Part shown: positions 37,401 through 50,366 of the stretch, in pieces
Layout of the letters: the number at the start of each line of letters is the position of its first letter
How positions within the stretch are numbered: the first letter of the stretch is position 1
Made by a program: the position numbers and the translations under genes
Notes under the pieces: generated by a model
Seen by the model: the letters and a program-made list of their open reading frames with translations, nothing else
What the model was told of the DNA's origin: nothing
The model's database searches: none
From: Geosiphon pyriformis uo1
Lineage: Eukaryota > Fungi > Glomeromycota
NCBI GenBank assembly: GCA_016748015.1
Contig: JAAOMT010000607.1
Coordinates: forward strand, 831,765-895,764
DNA length: 64,000 nucleotides
Reading direction: 5' to 3'

Positions 37401-39151
37401 AGGATGAGTATTAGTTAAGACATCCTTCCACTCATATGGTTTGGGAATCATCAAGATTCAGGCCTCTTTCCAAGGGCCAAGCACCAATTCAACAGACAGA
37501 CAAAGGTTCAAAATCACCAAAAGCATATTCAGAACAGACTTATCACAATGTTTCCAAAGTTCATTTGAGATACCAGACAAACCAGCAGCTTTGTCATCAG
37601 GCAAGTCAGAAACCACCTCAAAGAATTCATCAAAACCAATTTGGCATATTACACCAGAAAAGGCCTTATCAAAAACATAATCCAAAGATTGATATTGATG
37701 GTGCCAATCAATCGAGATATTATTAGCAACATGACGCTTCCTGGTCCATCCCTCTATGATCACATTCACCTTAGACTTAACCAAATCAGGCTCCAAAATC
37801 AGATCATCATTAACCACCAGATGATCTAGCACCACTTTACAGAAAGGATGCTTTAGTACACTTCTGATCATATGACCCTTGTTGATCTCGAAGCTTTCCA
37901 TTCTCTTATTAATGACAGACTTGATGTTAGCTTCTTTAGCTCTCAGAGATTCAGCAATTTTGGAAACACGGTAAACTTTCTAGCACCAAAAAGAGTAGAA
38001 CAAATACGATCAGAACTAGCTCCAGAGTCCACCAGATTTTAAACAACAGAAGACTTAATATTGTCCACAAAACTCCAATATTTCATAAGATAAACAAAGT
38101 GTTCAGCATCTTCCCCACATAAAGCCTTAACAATCCTAGAAACCAAAAGCTCTAATTTATAAAACTTCAAAGAATCCTTAGTGAAAACTTCATTAAACTC
38201 TTTGAACCACTTTTTTTTGAAAATTTCATTAGCCAAAAGAGTCATAATTTTGCATTTAATACACCACATAGTGTCCAAATCTGAAAACCTTACAGACATA
38301 GCAAATTCACCTGAGAACATTGCAGCATTTGCCAGCATAAAATGTTTAAAATTATTCTATTTGGTCTCATTAGCACCCTTGAAATTGAACTTCCATCAAT
38401 CTTTATTTGCCTGTTTGCGAAAGGAGTTTAATCTTGTATCTAGAAGGCCACCCAAACCCAAAGACACAGAAACAGCTCTGTGATCCATGTCAAAATGCTC
38501 ACTGACAATAAAAACACCACACTGCATTATTGCATTTACCAGATTCAAGAAAACAAATACATAATCAATTGTTTTTGAAACACTCTAAAAATTGCTCTAA
38601 GTTGGCATTTTAGCAAAGAAGCTCCCACCCAAAGAATTAACCAAACCCAAGTTGTGGCATCTTTTAAAACTAGTGCACTTATGAGAGTCATTTTCATTGA
38701 AATCACCACCAAAAATAACAAAAAATAATTCATTTACAGCCCTTGCAATCAAGGAATTAATCTCATCAGCTTGAGAAAATTAAGTAGCCAAGGAGACACC
38801 AGCATACAGACCCAGAATTGAAACTGAAAGTTTGTTTTTGAAAAGTAATCTAATGCAGAAAAGATAACCCAGGACCTCAAAAACCTTATACACATGCCTG
38901 GCCAAAGATCTGTTTATAACAATTACAACACCAGCACCTACATAGCCAAAGTCCAAACCAGAAGAAAACACACAAACATCATCAAATTTGTCAACCAACC
39001 AAGGGCAAGCCTTATTTTTTAACTTTGTCTTTGTGAAAATCGAAACCAAATTGTTCATATCTTTATGTCATCTAACAATATCATCTTGTTTTGTAAAAAT
39101 GTTCATACCTCTAACATTGCACATAGCAATCCTCCAAATGAGATCACTCAT
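34497..39151 (-). pseudogene. LINE ORF2 (APE endonuclease, RT, RNase H, zinc finger)
   Basis: Run of colinear minus-strand ORF fragments; ATG overlaps the ORF1 stop (caATGA at 39151-39148). Confidence 0.88.
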
Positions 39152-39578
39152 TGAGAAGAAGTTAGAGAAGTGGCACTACCAGCCAAAGCCAAACTATCGA
39201 AGTAAGCAGACAAGCTCAACACAAATCTGAAGAGGCCATCCAGCATTTTTTTCAGTTTGACAACATGAGGGGATGCTGTCAAGTTCACAATTGGAACAAT
39301 CTTGTCACTAGTGGCTTCATCTGAACCTATTCCCATCACTATATCCTCCCCTTGATTTTGTGATGGGGGGGTCACTGACAGCTAACATCCAGGGCTAGGC
39401 TGGGAAACTGCCAGCATGAGTAACTCTAATCTCATAGCCAACTCACTAATCTGTTTCATGAGACTAACAAAACTGCTTTCAATACCAACTAGATGTGATT
39501 TCAAGTCATCCACAACTGGAAAAAGGGGTTCACCAATTTTATTGAAACCAAAAAACATACCAGCACCATGAGAAGCAT

Positions 39579-40452
39579 TGTTACAGGATGGTTTTTTTGT
39601 TATATTTAATTGCCGATATCCCGTTTTAATTGCAATCAGTCTTTCGTGAGTTCCTCAATTCTATTTGTGTGATAATGTCACTGCTATACTGAAGACTTTT
39701 TTTTTAATGTCATGATGTAAGTTATTCTTCAATTCCTGATTGTTGTGTGTGTTTATGTACTCCTTCTCAGAGGCTGAACTGAAATCTACTTACTGTCTGG
39801 GGTCTTCTCTGAGACTATTCTTGCAATTGCCTAATGTGTTTCTCTAATCTAGAAACACAGAAGATTAATGGCCTTTAGTGCTTTTCCTAATTCTTACAAT
39901 AAAGCTTTTATCAATTAGTAACAACATAAATAATCTTGATCAAGGATTATTCTTCCAAGGGATTCAGTTGATGAATGATAGTTTCATTTAATAAATAATA
40001 CAAGTAAGTTTCTTAATACTTTGGATTATGATAATTCAGTTTTAAATATTCTTTTTCATTTCTTTTTGATTTAAAGGTTTCTTGGAATATTTAATTTGAA
40101 AGTATGATTTAAAGTGGAGTTTGTTGGATAAAATTGAATCTATTGCTTGATAAATTATGATTTTTATTACTTGATTCTTTTTTCTTAATATTAAAACTAC
40201 TGTATATATACATGTTTGTAGTTCTACAAGAAAACACATTGTAATACTTTCTTTTTAATATTTCAACCTGGTGTTTGTTGCTATCACCAGTTGGTGTTGG
40301 CTGCTATTGTGAACTGGTGCTTGCCACTATTGTGAGATGGTGTTTGCTACTATGTTAATCATTATTTTTCTAAGATTATTACTGTGCTATATTATGATTG
40401 AATAGTTTATATTATTTTTATGATTCTTTTGCTAAATTCTTAAACCATAATA
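39579..40452 (-). repeat. Gypsy-A 3' LTR
   Basis: Direct repeat of 48410-49283 with identical length; PPT adjacent. Confidence 0.95.
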
Positions 40453-40465
40453 TTATCCCCTTCTT

Positions 40466-41176
40466 TCAAGATTGAGCTTTATCGAAATCGAATTTAATTT
40501 CTTCATTAAATTCTAAGTTACTATAGTGGTTCAATACTGTGTTATTAATTTGTTGTTGTAATTCTTGAAATTGCGAGTTGGTAAGTTGTCTAATACTGTT
40601 GGTTGTTATTATGTTCATGATTGGGTCCAACAATAGTTTGTAACAGTTTTCAAATGCTTTGAAAATTCTATAAACTGTTTTTGAATGGAATGTAGTGTTG
40701 GTTTTTTCAATGAAAGATTCTAATAGTTGGATAGTTGTTTTGTCAAACACTCTAATTGAGTCTTTTGAGTATAATGTTTGTATGTTCAAGTGCTTTCCTA
40801 GTTGATAATAACAGTAGTTAATTGGAAATTTCGTTTTCAAGTTGCTAAATGTGTCTGGTGTTAATTCACTTATTTCTATTTCTTCTATTATTAATGTATT
40901 GCCCAATGCTATCTCTAATTTTTCAATAACTTTGCTGATAAATTTGTTGTTATGTTTGGTAATATTATATGGTTCAAAATTATGTTCTTTTCTTGTTTTT
41001 GGATTTTCTATTGTTCTTTTTATGTATGTTATTTTGAAGCTATTAACTGTGATTTCCAGATCGGATTTCAATTGTTGTAAGCTTTCAACTAATTGTTGAG
41101 TTATATTGTTGATGTTTTCTGGAATAAGTATCATTGTTTTAATTTTGACTGCTATTTTGGAATCTTTTGCATGCAT
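40466..41176 (-). CDS. Gypsy-A ORF3 (236 aa, intact, unknown function, env position)
   Basis: Uninterrupted ORF between the integrase stop and the PPT; homologous to Gypsy-B ORF3. Confidence 0.7.
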   Translation of the reverse strand: MHAKDSKIAVKIKTMILIPENINNITQQLVESLQQLKSDLEITVNSFKITYIKRTIENPKTRKEHNFEPYNITKHNNKFISKVIEKLEIALGNTLIIEEIEISELTPDTFSNLKTKFPINYCYYQLGKHLNIQTLYSKDSIRVFDKTTIQLLESFIEKTNTTFHSKTVYRIFKAFENCYKLLLDPIMNIITTNSIRQLTNSQFQELQQQINNTVLNHYSNLEFNEEIKFDFDKAQS

Positions 41177-41218
41177 TTTTATGATTGTTAAATCATTTTT
41201 GCTGTGATCTAAGATTAA

Positions 41219-42596
41219 TTATCTTTTTGAATAATATTCAATTAAAACTATTGGTTCTAAATCTTGTGGAATTTGTTCTGGTAGAATTAAAGATAATTGT
41301 GTTCCAATTCTGGGTGTCTTTGTTGTTATTACTGGTTTACTGTAATAGAATTTCAGCCAGTTACCATGTGCTGCTTTTCTTAATATTTTATCATCTAGTC
41401 TTAGCTTGTATGCTCTATTTTCAAGTATTTTGTGAATATAAAATGATCCATCCCACTTGTGATCAAATTTTCTACTCCATTGTTTTTCCATTTTTGTACG
41501 ATGCAACAATACTTTATTTCCAATTTTGTAGCTAATTATATTATCTGGTAACTGGTTATCATGTTTCACTTTTTGTTGTTCTTGTGATTGTTCAATATTT
41601 TGTGCTGCTTTTCTTCTTTTGTTTTCTAAAGTTCCCATTAATTCGTATGTTCTTCTAAGTAGTGTTTCCTAGAATGTTGCTTCTGTGATAGTATCACTTG
41701 GATAAGTTGAGATAGTAAGTTTAACTGGTAATGTGGCTTTTCTTCCATAAATTAGTTCAAACAGTGTGAATTGTATAGTATCTTGTTTTACTGTTCTATA
41801 TACTAGTAGTACTGCTGGTATAAACAAATCCCATTCTTTTTCATGTTCATTACTAATTTTTGCCAGTGATTTGCATAATGTGCAATTAAATCTTCAACTA
41901 ATTCATTTGTTTGAGAGTGGTATAGTGATGACAGTGGTCGCTTGATTCCAAATTTTTGGCTAAATTCTTTTAAGGTGCTGTTTATGAAGTGTGTGCCTTG
42001 ATCTGATAGCAATTCTTGTGGACATCCATGCCGGCAAATTAAGTTTTCATGTATGAATTGAGCTATGGAAATAGCATCAGCTGTCTTAATAGCTCTAGCT
42101 TCTGGCCATTTGGTGAGATAGTCTATGGCTACTGCAATATAATGGTTGTTTCTTGTTGTTATTGATAAGGGTCCAACTAAATCAATTCCAATTCTGTCAA
42201 ATAGCTGTCCAATTTTTATTGGTCTTAATAATCTGTTGGTTTTGCTCTTCCTCTTCATTGGCATGAATCACAATTTTTTATGTATTGGATTATGTCTGAA
42301 CTTATTTTTGGCCAATAGTAATGGTTAATTGCACATTGGATGGTTGTTGTTTTTCCAAAGTGGCCTGAATGAATATCTGAGTGCATGTTAAATAAGATAG
42401 TTTCTTTTTCATCCGTGGTTATAACTCTTAATAGATTATCTGAATTTTGTTGATTCCGGTAATAAAGTATGTGATTTTAGATGAAATAGTGTTTTGCTAA
42501 TTTTTGAAGCTTAATTAGCTCTTTTACTGGCATTTTTTTGTCTATTTGTAGTGTTTTCAAGTATTGGCTGAGATTTTTGTAAAGGTGGTTGTTCAT
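41219..42596 (-). pseudogene. Gypsy-A integrase as a separate ORF (MNNHLYKNLSQYL..)
   Basis: HSDIHSGH zinc-binding start, DDE core, WDGSFYI (GPY/F) tail; own ATG at 42596; no chromodomain. Confidence 0.85.
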
Positions 42597-42625
42597 TGTT
42601 GTTGTGGTGGGTGGGTTGGTGATTT

Positions 42626-45600
42626 TTATGTGTGTCTCATTCTTGACAAACAGTCAGCATTAGCATTTTTGGTATTTTCTTTGTATTTGATAATATAATC
42701 ATATGGTGCTAACGTTTGTGACCATCTGGCATATTTTCTTTTTAGCGCTTTCTTGTTATTTAACCAGACCAGACCTCTATGATCTGTGGTAATCTCAAAG
42801 GGTTGGTACTGTAAATATGTGTCAAAGTGAACACAACTTCAGACTACTGCTAAGCATTCAAGTTCATGTGCTGTGTAGTTTTGCTCTGCCATACTGAGAC
42901 TTCTGCTGGTATAAGCAATTACACGTTCTCTTCTATTATCATTTTTTTGTAACAGAATGGCTCCAAGTCCAGTTCCAAAGGCATCTGTGGCCAAAATAAA
43001 TTTCTTGTTGAAATTTGGATAGATCATTATTGGTGATTCAATGAGCTTTTGTCTAAGGTACTCAAAAGCTTTTTGTTGCACTTCAGTCCATTCAAACTTC
43101 ACATTTTTGGATAGTAGGTAATTAAGAGGTTTGGCAATGTTTGAAAAGTTTTCTACAAAGTGGCAGTAGTAAGATGTAAGTTCTAAAAAGCTTCTAACTT
43201 CTGAAACATTTTGAAGTACTGGAAAATTTTTCACTTTGTCTATTTTTGATGGATCTGGTTTTATTCTATCTTTTCCAACTATGTGTCCTAAAAATGCTAG
43301 CTTATTTTTCCCAAAGAAACATTTTTCTAGATTTAGTTTAAGTCCAACGTGTCTCAATCTCTCAAAAACTTGTTGTAAATGTTGAAGATGATCCATGAAT
43401 TTTAACGAGAAAACATTTGTATCATTCAAGTAGACAACAATAGATTGCTATAGGATTCCGGAGTAAATTATGTCTATTAGTCTTTAGAATGTCGTGAGAG
43501 CGTTTGTTAATCCAAATGGCATTACATTGAACTCATAATTGCCATTTTGTGTTGTGAATGCTGTTTTATGCCTGTTCTTTGAGTCTATTTTCACTTGCCA
43601 GTACTCACTAGTCAAGTCCAGTATAGAAAACCATTTTGCTCTTCCAAAAATGTCAAAGATTTTGTCAATTAACAGTATTGGGTATGAATCTTTGGTTGTT
43701 TTGCTGTTTAGTTTGCAATAGTTGACACAAAATCTAATTTTTTCATTCTTTTTTCTTACTAAAACAATTGGTAAAGACCATGGACTTATTGATAGTTGTA
43801 TTATTCCTTTTTCCAACATGCTTTGGACTTCTTCTCTGATAAAATTATGCTCCATTGGTGGAACATGATAAGTGCATTGTTTTTCAGGTCTGGCATCTCT
43901 AGTTAGAATTTGGTGTTGAACCAAGTTGGTTTTTCCAAATTCGCCATTTTGTGAAAATATATCAGAGTATTTTAAAATTAATGCTTTTAATTGTCACTGT
44001 TGGTCAGAATTTATTGTTCCAATGTTTAATTTGGTCAATTCTTCTGTCATAAATTGATAGCATTCCAACAGTTGTTGCCAATTTATTGAAGTAAGTTCAC
44101 AGTAGAGGGCGATTTCTGGGAAATTTAGAATTTCTTGTGGTGTTAATGCATTTTTTAGCTTTGTTCCGAGGTATCCAATAATGGTATTTTCTGGAATATA
44201 GATGGGTTCTTCTGTGGTGTTTGCAATAGGAATTTTTATCCATTGAGCTTTATCAGCTGGAATAAAAAGGTTAGTAAGTCCTATGAGAAACTGTTGGCAA
44301 GTTTCTGGGTAGAGCTCAAATATTAGGTCTTTTTTTTAATTGTCTTTTTTATTTTTATTTCTGATTTTCCATATGGTAGGAGCATGATGGACTGCTTATT
44401 TTTAATTACTTCGCCTTTTTTCTCTATTGTTTCAGTAAAATTTGCTTCAATTCCTTTTTCTGTCAATCTGAAACCAAAAGTTTTTTTCATTGTTTGTGAC
44501 AATTCCTCATGATTTTCCACTGGCACAAATTTTCCAATTTTTACCAATGGTAAGAAAATTGCTTGTGCAATCTTTTCCTTAGATTCAATGGTATAAGGCT
44601 TTTCTGAATTGTTCTGTAGCAACACCATCAAATTTTCAGTGTATTCAGAGTCAATTACTCCTTTTTGAATGCTTATTCCTTTTTTCGTGAGGCTTGATTA
44701 CAATGCTATTTGAACCATTATTCCTGGCAGAATTTCAACTGCTATTTTTAGGTCAATTTTGGTGATGCTTTTAGGTGGTAATGTTGTGGATTGGTCTTCC
44801 AGATAATATAGATTGAATCTGGCATCAGTTGGATGGGCTCTTTCAGGTATTATTTCTAAGTGCCTATTGTCAAAGTATTGGATGTCAATCACCTGTTCTA
44901 AGTCAGTATAGGCTACAAATTTTTCTGACTCAGGACTATCAGGTGAGTTTTGTTGATTTATTGATTGATTTTGAAACTGCTGATTCTCAATTTCCATTTT
45001 TCTTTCTAAGTCGTCTCGACACTCTTCACAGCACTAATTTTGGCACAGGATAAGACAGTTTTCACAAAAGTAAATGTTGATTTGGGCAAGGTATTGTTCT
45101 TGCTCTTGTCGAGTGGGGTATAGTTGTTGGTAGTAGTCCTGAAATTTGTCTACTGGATCAAACATGTTGTAGCTGGTGACTTCGTCAGCTACTTCAGCTG
45201 ACTCTTTCCAGCATCATATTTCTTCAGCAGTTCCTCTTCTTACTTTGGCTTGTGCAGTGTTATACAACTCATCCTCATTATGTAGGTAGTGCTGTAGTCT
45301 TTTTAACACTCTGTTGAACGCTGCTTCGAATGGCGTTCCTCCTCTTACCCAGTCACAAATGAGGATCGTGTATTAGCAAGTTGCATCACACATTTCTCCT
45401 CTGCCTGGTATGTCATTCCAGTCACACCTTCTTAATAACAGTTCTTCACAAGCGAGGCACGGTTCCTCGTCCCATTTTCCATGTCTTTCTGAGTAACTGT
45501 ATTTTTTTTTGTTACAATAGTTACAATAGTAGTAGGTGGGATTTCTTAGGTCTTCATCTGGTGCACTGCACACAGTCATAGACAAAAGTTTCTTGCAAAC

Positions 45601-48327
45601 TGAGCATTCTAGCTTTGGTCTGCATTGCTGATGGTTTTTTCATGAACTTACTTGGTTCCATTCGGATTTTTCTTTGCTGGTCCACATTGGTATGGCTGGT
45701 AGTTCTGTTCTTTGGTCATCAGCCCAAGAGAGCTGATAGGTTTCGATGGCTAGTAGTGCTGGATTTTTCTCAAACTCAAAGATAGGTCTTTGGTTGGTGC
45801 TGGGTTTTTGGAAGTGGCCACAGGTGGCTGGAATTTTGGCCTGGTGGCCATTATAATTGATTAAAAGCTCTTGGGTGGTCCAGTTTAGAGTGGCATTGGC
45901 TTTTGTTAGCCAGTCATTCCCTACTAATACTTGATATTGTGTAGTGTCCATTACTAATACTTTTGTAGGTATTACTATGCCGTTAATTTTAAAAGGGAAT
46001 GAGTCAATTTCGCCATGAGGCAGCTTTGTACTTCTATCAGCTGTTATGATTTAGAACATCGCGGCATGATCAACTTTGAAACCCAGTTGGTTTATTAGTT
46101 GAAGTGTTACGATGCTTCTAGCAGATCTGCTGTCTAAAATAAGTTTGATTGGGGTATTGTTTACAGTGGCTTCTGTATACATAGCAGTGATTGGGTGTTT
46201 TTTGTCCAATGTTGCTCCATTGAACATAGTCTCGTTTTTTTCTAATTCAAAAGGAAAAATAGCTGCAAGGCTGTTATCTTTGGTGGCAACTGCTGGTAGT
46301 ATTGTCTGACTCAATTTGTTGGAGGAATTTTTGGTTTTGTTTATGTTTCTACTGTCATTGTTTCTGATGATTAGATTTTCTGGTATATTAAGATAAGTTT
46401 GTTGATAATTTTGGTAGTTTGAATTGGTTTGCTAATTGGTTCTGGCATGGTTTAAATTCCTCTGGACCAATGTGTTCTGGTTCTATATGGGCTGATTTCA
46501 GGCCTCAGGACACCAATTTGGGTTGGCTATTATGGGCTGTTGCTGGTATGTTCTTTGATTTTGATACGTGATGGGATATTGGCATGATATTGGCGTGTAC
46601 TGGTTTTTGGGCATTTGGGGTGGTGCGTAGTAATTATTTTCGCATGCTTCCTGCATTATTCACATTCGACATTGACTAATCAAATGTCCTATGCATTTGC
46701 AAAAATAACAGGCATGGATTTCTGTTCTGAATTCCTGGTACAATGAGCAATTATTTCAACTGTTGCTGACTTTCTGGCTGCATCTTTAAGATGGTTGGTA
46801 TGTATTTTTTCTTGGATCTGGGATGAAATAACTTTTTATTTTCTTAGAGAGTTCCTCCCCTAATTGTATTACTCTTTTTTCTAATGTTTCTGTCTTATTT
46901 TCTTCCATTATCATGTTAACCATTTGACTATGATTAGCTTCTTTCTCAGCCAATTCAAAAACTCTGACGAGCATAATGGCTTTTGGTAAGAAATTAGGGT
47001 GGGCAGGGCATATTCTTCCTAAAATGCTGCTTTTTAATCCTCTAATAAACTGATTTAAAACCTGAAAATCAGTGTAGTATCTTTGTTCAATCACTTCAAT
47101 CTGATAGCGAATTCGATTGAATTAAGCAAGGTATTGGGTGACAGTTTCACCAGTATTTTGCTTGATAGTATTGAATTTATTCTGTAGTTGGATTATGGTG
47201 TTTGGGTCACTAAAATACTCCAGGAGTGCATTTTTAAATTCGGCGAAGCTCATGGGTTTTGTTTCCAGGCTTTGATACCATAAGTCGGCTGTGCTTTTCA
47301 GGAAGAAAGGTAATGTTTGAATTGCTCTTTGGTCATTCCAGTTATTTGCCTGGATGGCTTTTTGTGTTTCTCTGAGCCATGTGTGCACGTCTGTTTCTTC
47401 TTCCTCTCTTGAGAAATCTGTTAGTCTTGCAATGTATGGTGTGGCCATTTCATTGCCATTTTCTGCTGGTGGGCTTATTGGTCTAAGAGAAAATAAGATG
47501 ATATTTCCTTAAGCATTTCTAAAGGTGGCTTCCTTTATATCCAGTTCTTCCTCTTGATCACGAGTTTCTTGGTTTTTGGACTGGCTGCTTGTTTCAGTAA
47601 CCAGTTTTGTAATTGTTTTTTCACTGGTCTCTTTTTCAGATTCCGATTCAGACTCCTCTTCACAGTTTTCAAACCCCATTCCAAATTTTGGCTGAAAAAG
47701 AGAGTTTTGGAATAGTGATGAATATTTTTTTGTAATTGGTATGTCTCCCCAGTTACGTTGTTTAATTTTATCAGTATAATTAGGAGTTCTTGGTGTTTGT
47801 GGAATTGATGTTGATGATGATACAGCTCCTAATGGAATTTGTATCTTATTTTCTGGTGAAAAATGGTATGATTTATCTTCTGGTAAATAAATATGTTGTT
47901 TCTTTATTGATTGAGTGACAGTTTTCTTTGGTGTTTGAGCAGGTGTTCCTAGTTTTTGCTGGTTACTTTTCTGATTAGTTTCTGAATTTTCTTTGGTTTT
48001 GTTGGCATGTTCCCTAGTGTTTTCTGTGGATATTGAAAAATTTTTGTTGGCGTATTGCTCAATTTTTCGATGGATTTTGACAATAGTTGTGGCTATTACT
48101 GCTATTTCTTTTGTAGTGTATTGTGATAATTCTCTATACAATCTAAGTTTTGTGTCGTGTGGTTCTTTTTCCTTTCCTATATGATAATTTATTCTGGCGT
48201 TGATATAATAAGTGAAGGCAGATTCTGCTGGACAATACTCTTCTGGTAATCCAAGATTACTTTGATTTTGTGTGTAAATAGCATGGCAGAATTCAAGAAC
48301 AGTAAGATTAGGGGTTTTTGTCGCCAC
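42626..48327 (-). pseudogene. Gypsy-A gag-pol polyprotein (N-extension, CA, CCHC, PR, Cys-rich, dUTPase, RT, RNase H)
   Basis: Fragments starting at 48327, 47448, 47094, 46314, 45951, 45585, 44997 and 44631 share one frame; dUTPase ERAHPTDARFNL..GVIDSEYT..IAQAIF at about 44880-44460; ends ADCLSRMRHT*. Confidence 0.88.
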
Positions 48328-48409
48328 TTTTGTCTTTTCCTTTTTAGCAATAAATTATTGCTAATTATTATTTCTTTTTTGATTTTCTTTTCTCATAGGA
48401 AGCATCAAA

Positions 48410-49283
48410 TGTTATGGAATAGTTTTCTTGTTATATTTAATTGCCAATATCTCATTTTAATTGCAATCAGTCTTTCGTGAGTTCCTCAATTCTATTTGTG
48501 TGATAATGTCACTGTTATACTGAAGGCTTTTTTTTTAATGTCATGATGTAAGTTATTCTTCAATTTCTGATTGTTGTGTGTGTTTATGTACTCCTTCTCA
48601 AAGGCTGAACTAAAATCTACTCGCTGTCTGGGGTCTTCTCTGAGGCTATTTTTGCAATTGCCTGATGTGTTTCTCTAATCTAGAAACACAGAAGGTTAAT
48701 AGTCTTTAGTGCTTTTCCTAATTTTTACAATAAAGCTTTTATCAATTAGTAACAACATGAATAATCTTGATCAAAGATTATTCTTTCAAGGGATTCAGTT
48801 GATAAATGATAGTTTCATTCAATAAATAATACAAGTAAGTTTTTTAATACTTTGGGTTGTGATAATTCAGTTTTAAATATTCTTTTTCATTTCTTTTTGA
48901 TTTAAAGGTTTCTTGGAATATTTAATTTAAAAGTATGATTTAAAGTGAAGTTTGTTAGATAAAATTAGATCTATTGCTTGATAAATTATGATTTTTATTA
49001 CTTGATTCTCTTTTCTTAATATTAAAACTACTGTATATATACATGTTTGTAGTTTTACAAGAAAACACATTGTAATACTTTCTTTTTGATATTTTAACCT
49101 GGTGTTTGCTGCTATTACCAGTTGGTGTTGGCTGCTATTGTGAACTGGTGCTTGCCACTATTGTGAGATGGTGTTTGCTACTATGTTAATCATTACCTTT
49201 CTAAGATTATTACTGCACTATATTATGATTGAATAGTTTATATTATTTTTATAATTCTTTTGCTAAATTCTTAAACCATAACA
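48410..49283 (-). repeat. Gypsy-A 5' LTR
   Basis: TGTTATGG..CCATAACA; PBS adjacent at 48409-48394. Confidence 0.95.
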
Positions 49284-50366
49284 GCATGCACAAAAAGAGC
49301 ACCAACTACTGATGCCCAAGTTTTACCATTAAAAGCCAAAAGACGAGAAATAGGGGCAGACTTTTTCACATAAATTCTAGCCAATCTGAACTGGTCTTGG
49401 GCCGAAAGAAGAGCCTTTCTGCCATCCAGAGCCACAGCATTCTTAATTGACTGACAATTAAGAGATGTATGACCAAAACCTCTGCAAACTGCACATGAAG
49501 CCTGAGAGAGATGAGACCAGTAAAGACTAACACCCTTTATAACTAGAATTGCTGTCATAGCACCAACCAAATCTGATTCAGAGTCAAAGCACACAGTAAC
49601 ACAGTGGGCATGAGAATAACTGACAGAATTATGATCAATGAAGCAGGTCTTCCCACCAACAGAACCAATAAAATCCCACAAATCATGAATAGTGGTTCCC
49701 ATGGGGAAAGTATATAGCAAGACTCTGAAACTATTTTGGGCATCCCATAACTGTTTGTTAATGTCAGTTCTGGCCACTCATACTGCATCTTTCCCAATTA
49801 GAATGGATTATTTAGCAGCTAACAGATCAGCTTGATTCTGATCCTCCAATTTGATGATCATTTTTTGTCACAAACCCACCAGTTGCATTTTGATTATCTT
49901 AATTACCCCAAATTTGGACACAGCCACGTGCACAGCCTCTACAGATGTTCCCACTGGGATCTCTTTTAGCACAATTGCCTAATTTATATGATTGTTGTCA
50001 AGGCACTTAAGATTGGTGTTTATCATAACACCATAATCATTTGCCAATTTTGCTGCAGTCATCATTGTCTCATCAGAAGTAAAAAAAGCCTGAATTATTC
50101 CACCAGATTTTAAAGAGATAGAGGCCCCCCCAAAACTATTTACACCAGAAAAAAATTTTCTGACATAAGCTAATTTCTTTTGAGATAACTTGTCAGTTAC
50201 CACTCCAAAATCAATATCCAGAACAAAAGATTTCCTGACCAAGACCTGCACCATATGTTTGAGAGAAAGAGAGAGAAGAAGAGAGAGTGACCCATCCAAA
50301 ATATCATCATCATTATTATTTTTCATGCCAAAGTTAATAGTGTCAAGAGGCTTCTCAAGAGTACAC

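Larger units (their letters stand above)
39579..49283 (-). mobile_element. Ty3/Gypsy LTR retrotransposon A (complete, degenerate): gag-PR-Cys-rich-dUTPase-RT-RH | IN | ORF3
   Basis: Two 874-bp LTRs (39579-40452, 48410-49283), TSD GCAT, PBS TTTG(G>A)TGCTTCCT, PPT GAAAGAAGGGGATAA; CYFCKCIGHLISQC knuckle, LILDSRS protease, VYLND RT, LATDA RNase H, GIDLVGP / SDQGTHF integrase. Confidence 0.95.
34350..50366 (-). mobile_element. Degenerate LINE (ORF1 3' part, complete ORF2, 3' UTR, A-tail), interrupted by Gypsy-A; 5' end displaced beyond Gypsy-B
   Basis: ORF1 50366-49284 plus 39578-39148 (knuckle CAVCRGFGHTSLNC); ORF2 39151-34497 with CNVRG, GGDFN, FVDDTIW, YRYLG, VYMDS, ELQTIALAL, GHSG, CLYC..DHVFSC; T-rich tail at 34350-34378. 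Confidence 0.92.

Noticed and set aside
34450-39230. Plus-strand ORFs opposite the LINE, and similar antisense ORFs over the Gypsy elements such as 63250-63645
   Set aside because: Shadow frames of TE coding strands with biased composition and no motifs.
40466-41176. Calling ORF3 an envelope gene
   Set aside because: No signal peptide, hydrophobic transmembrane segment or obvious fusion-protein features.
41219-41640. Chromodomain at the integrase C-terminus
   Set aside because: All three integrases end shortly after the GPY/F region with a P-(I/V)-(I/V)-hydrophobic tail; no YLVKW-type motif.
42597-42660. RH/IN break as random decay or an intron
   Set aside because: Same stop position in three families, a triple stop in C, and no conserved splice signals in the spacers.
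48394-48409. Assigning a specific primer tRNA to the PBSs
   Set aside because: TGGTGCTTCC and TGGTGCTCTC fit several tRNAs with GCT-starting acceptor stems; the host tRNA set is needed.
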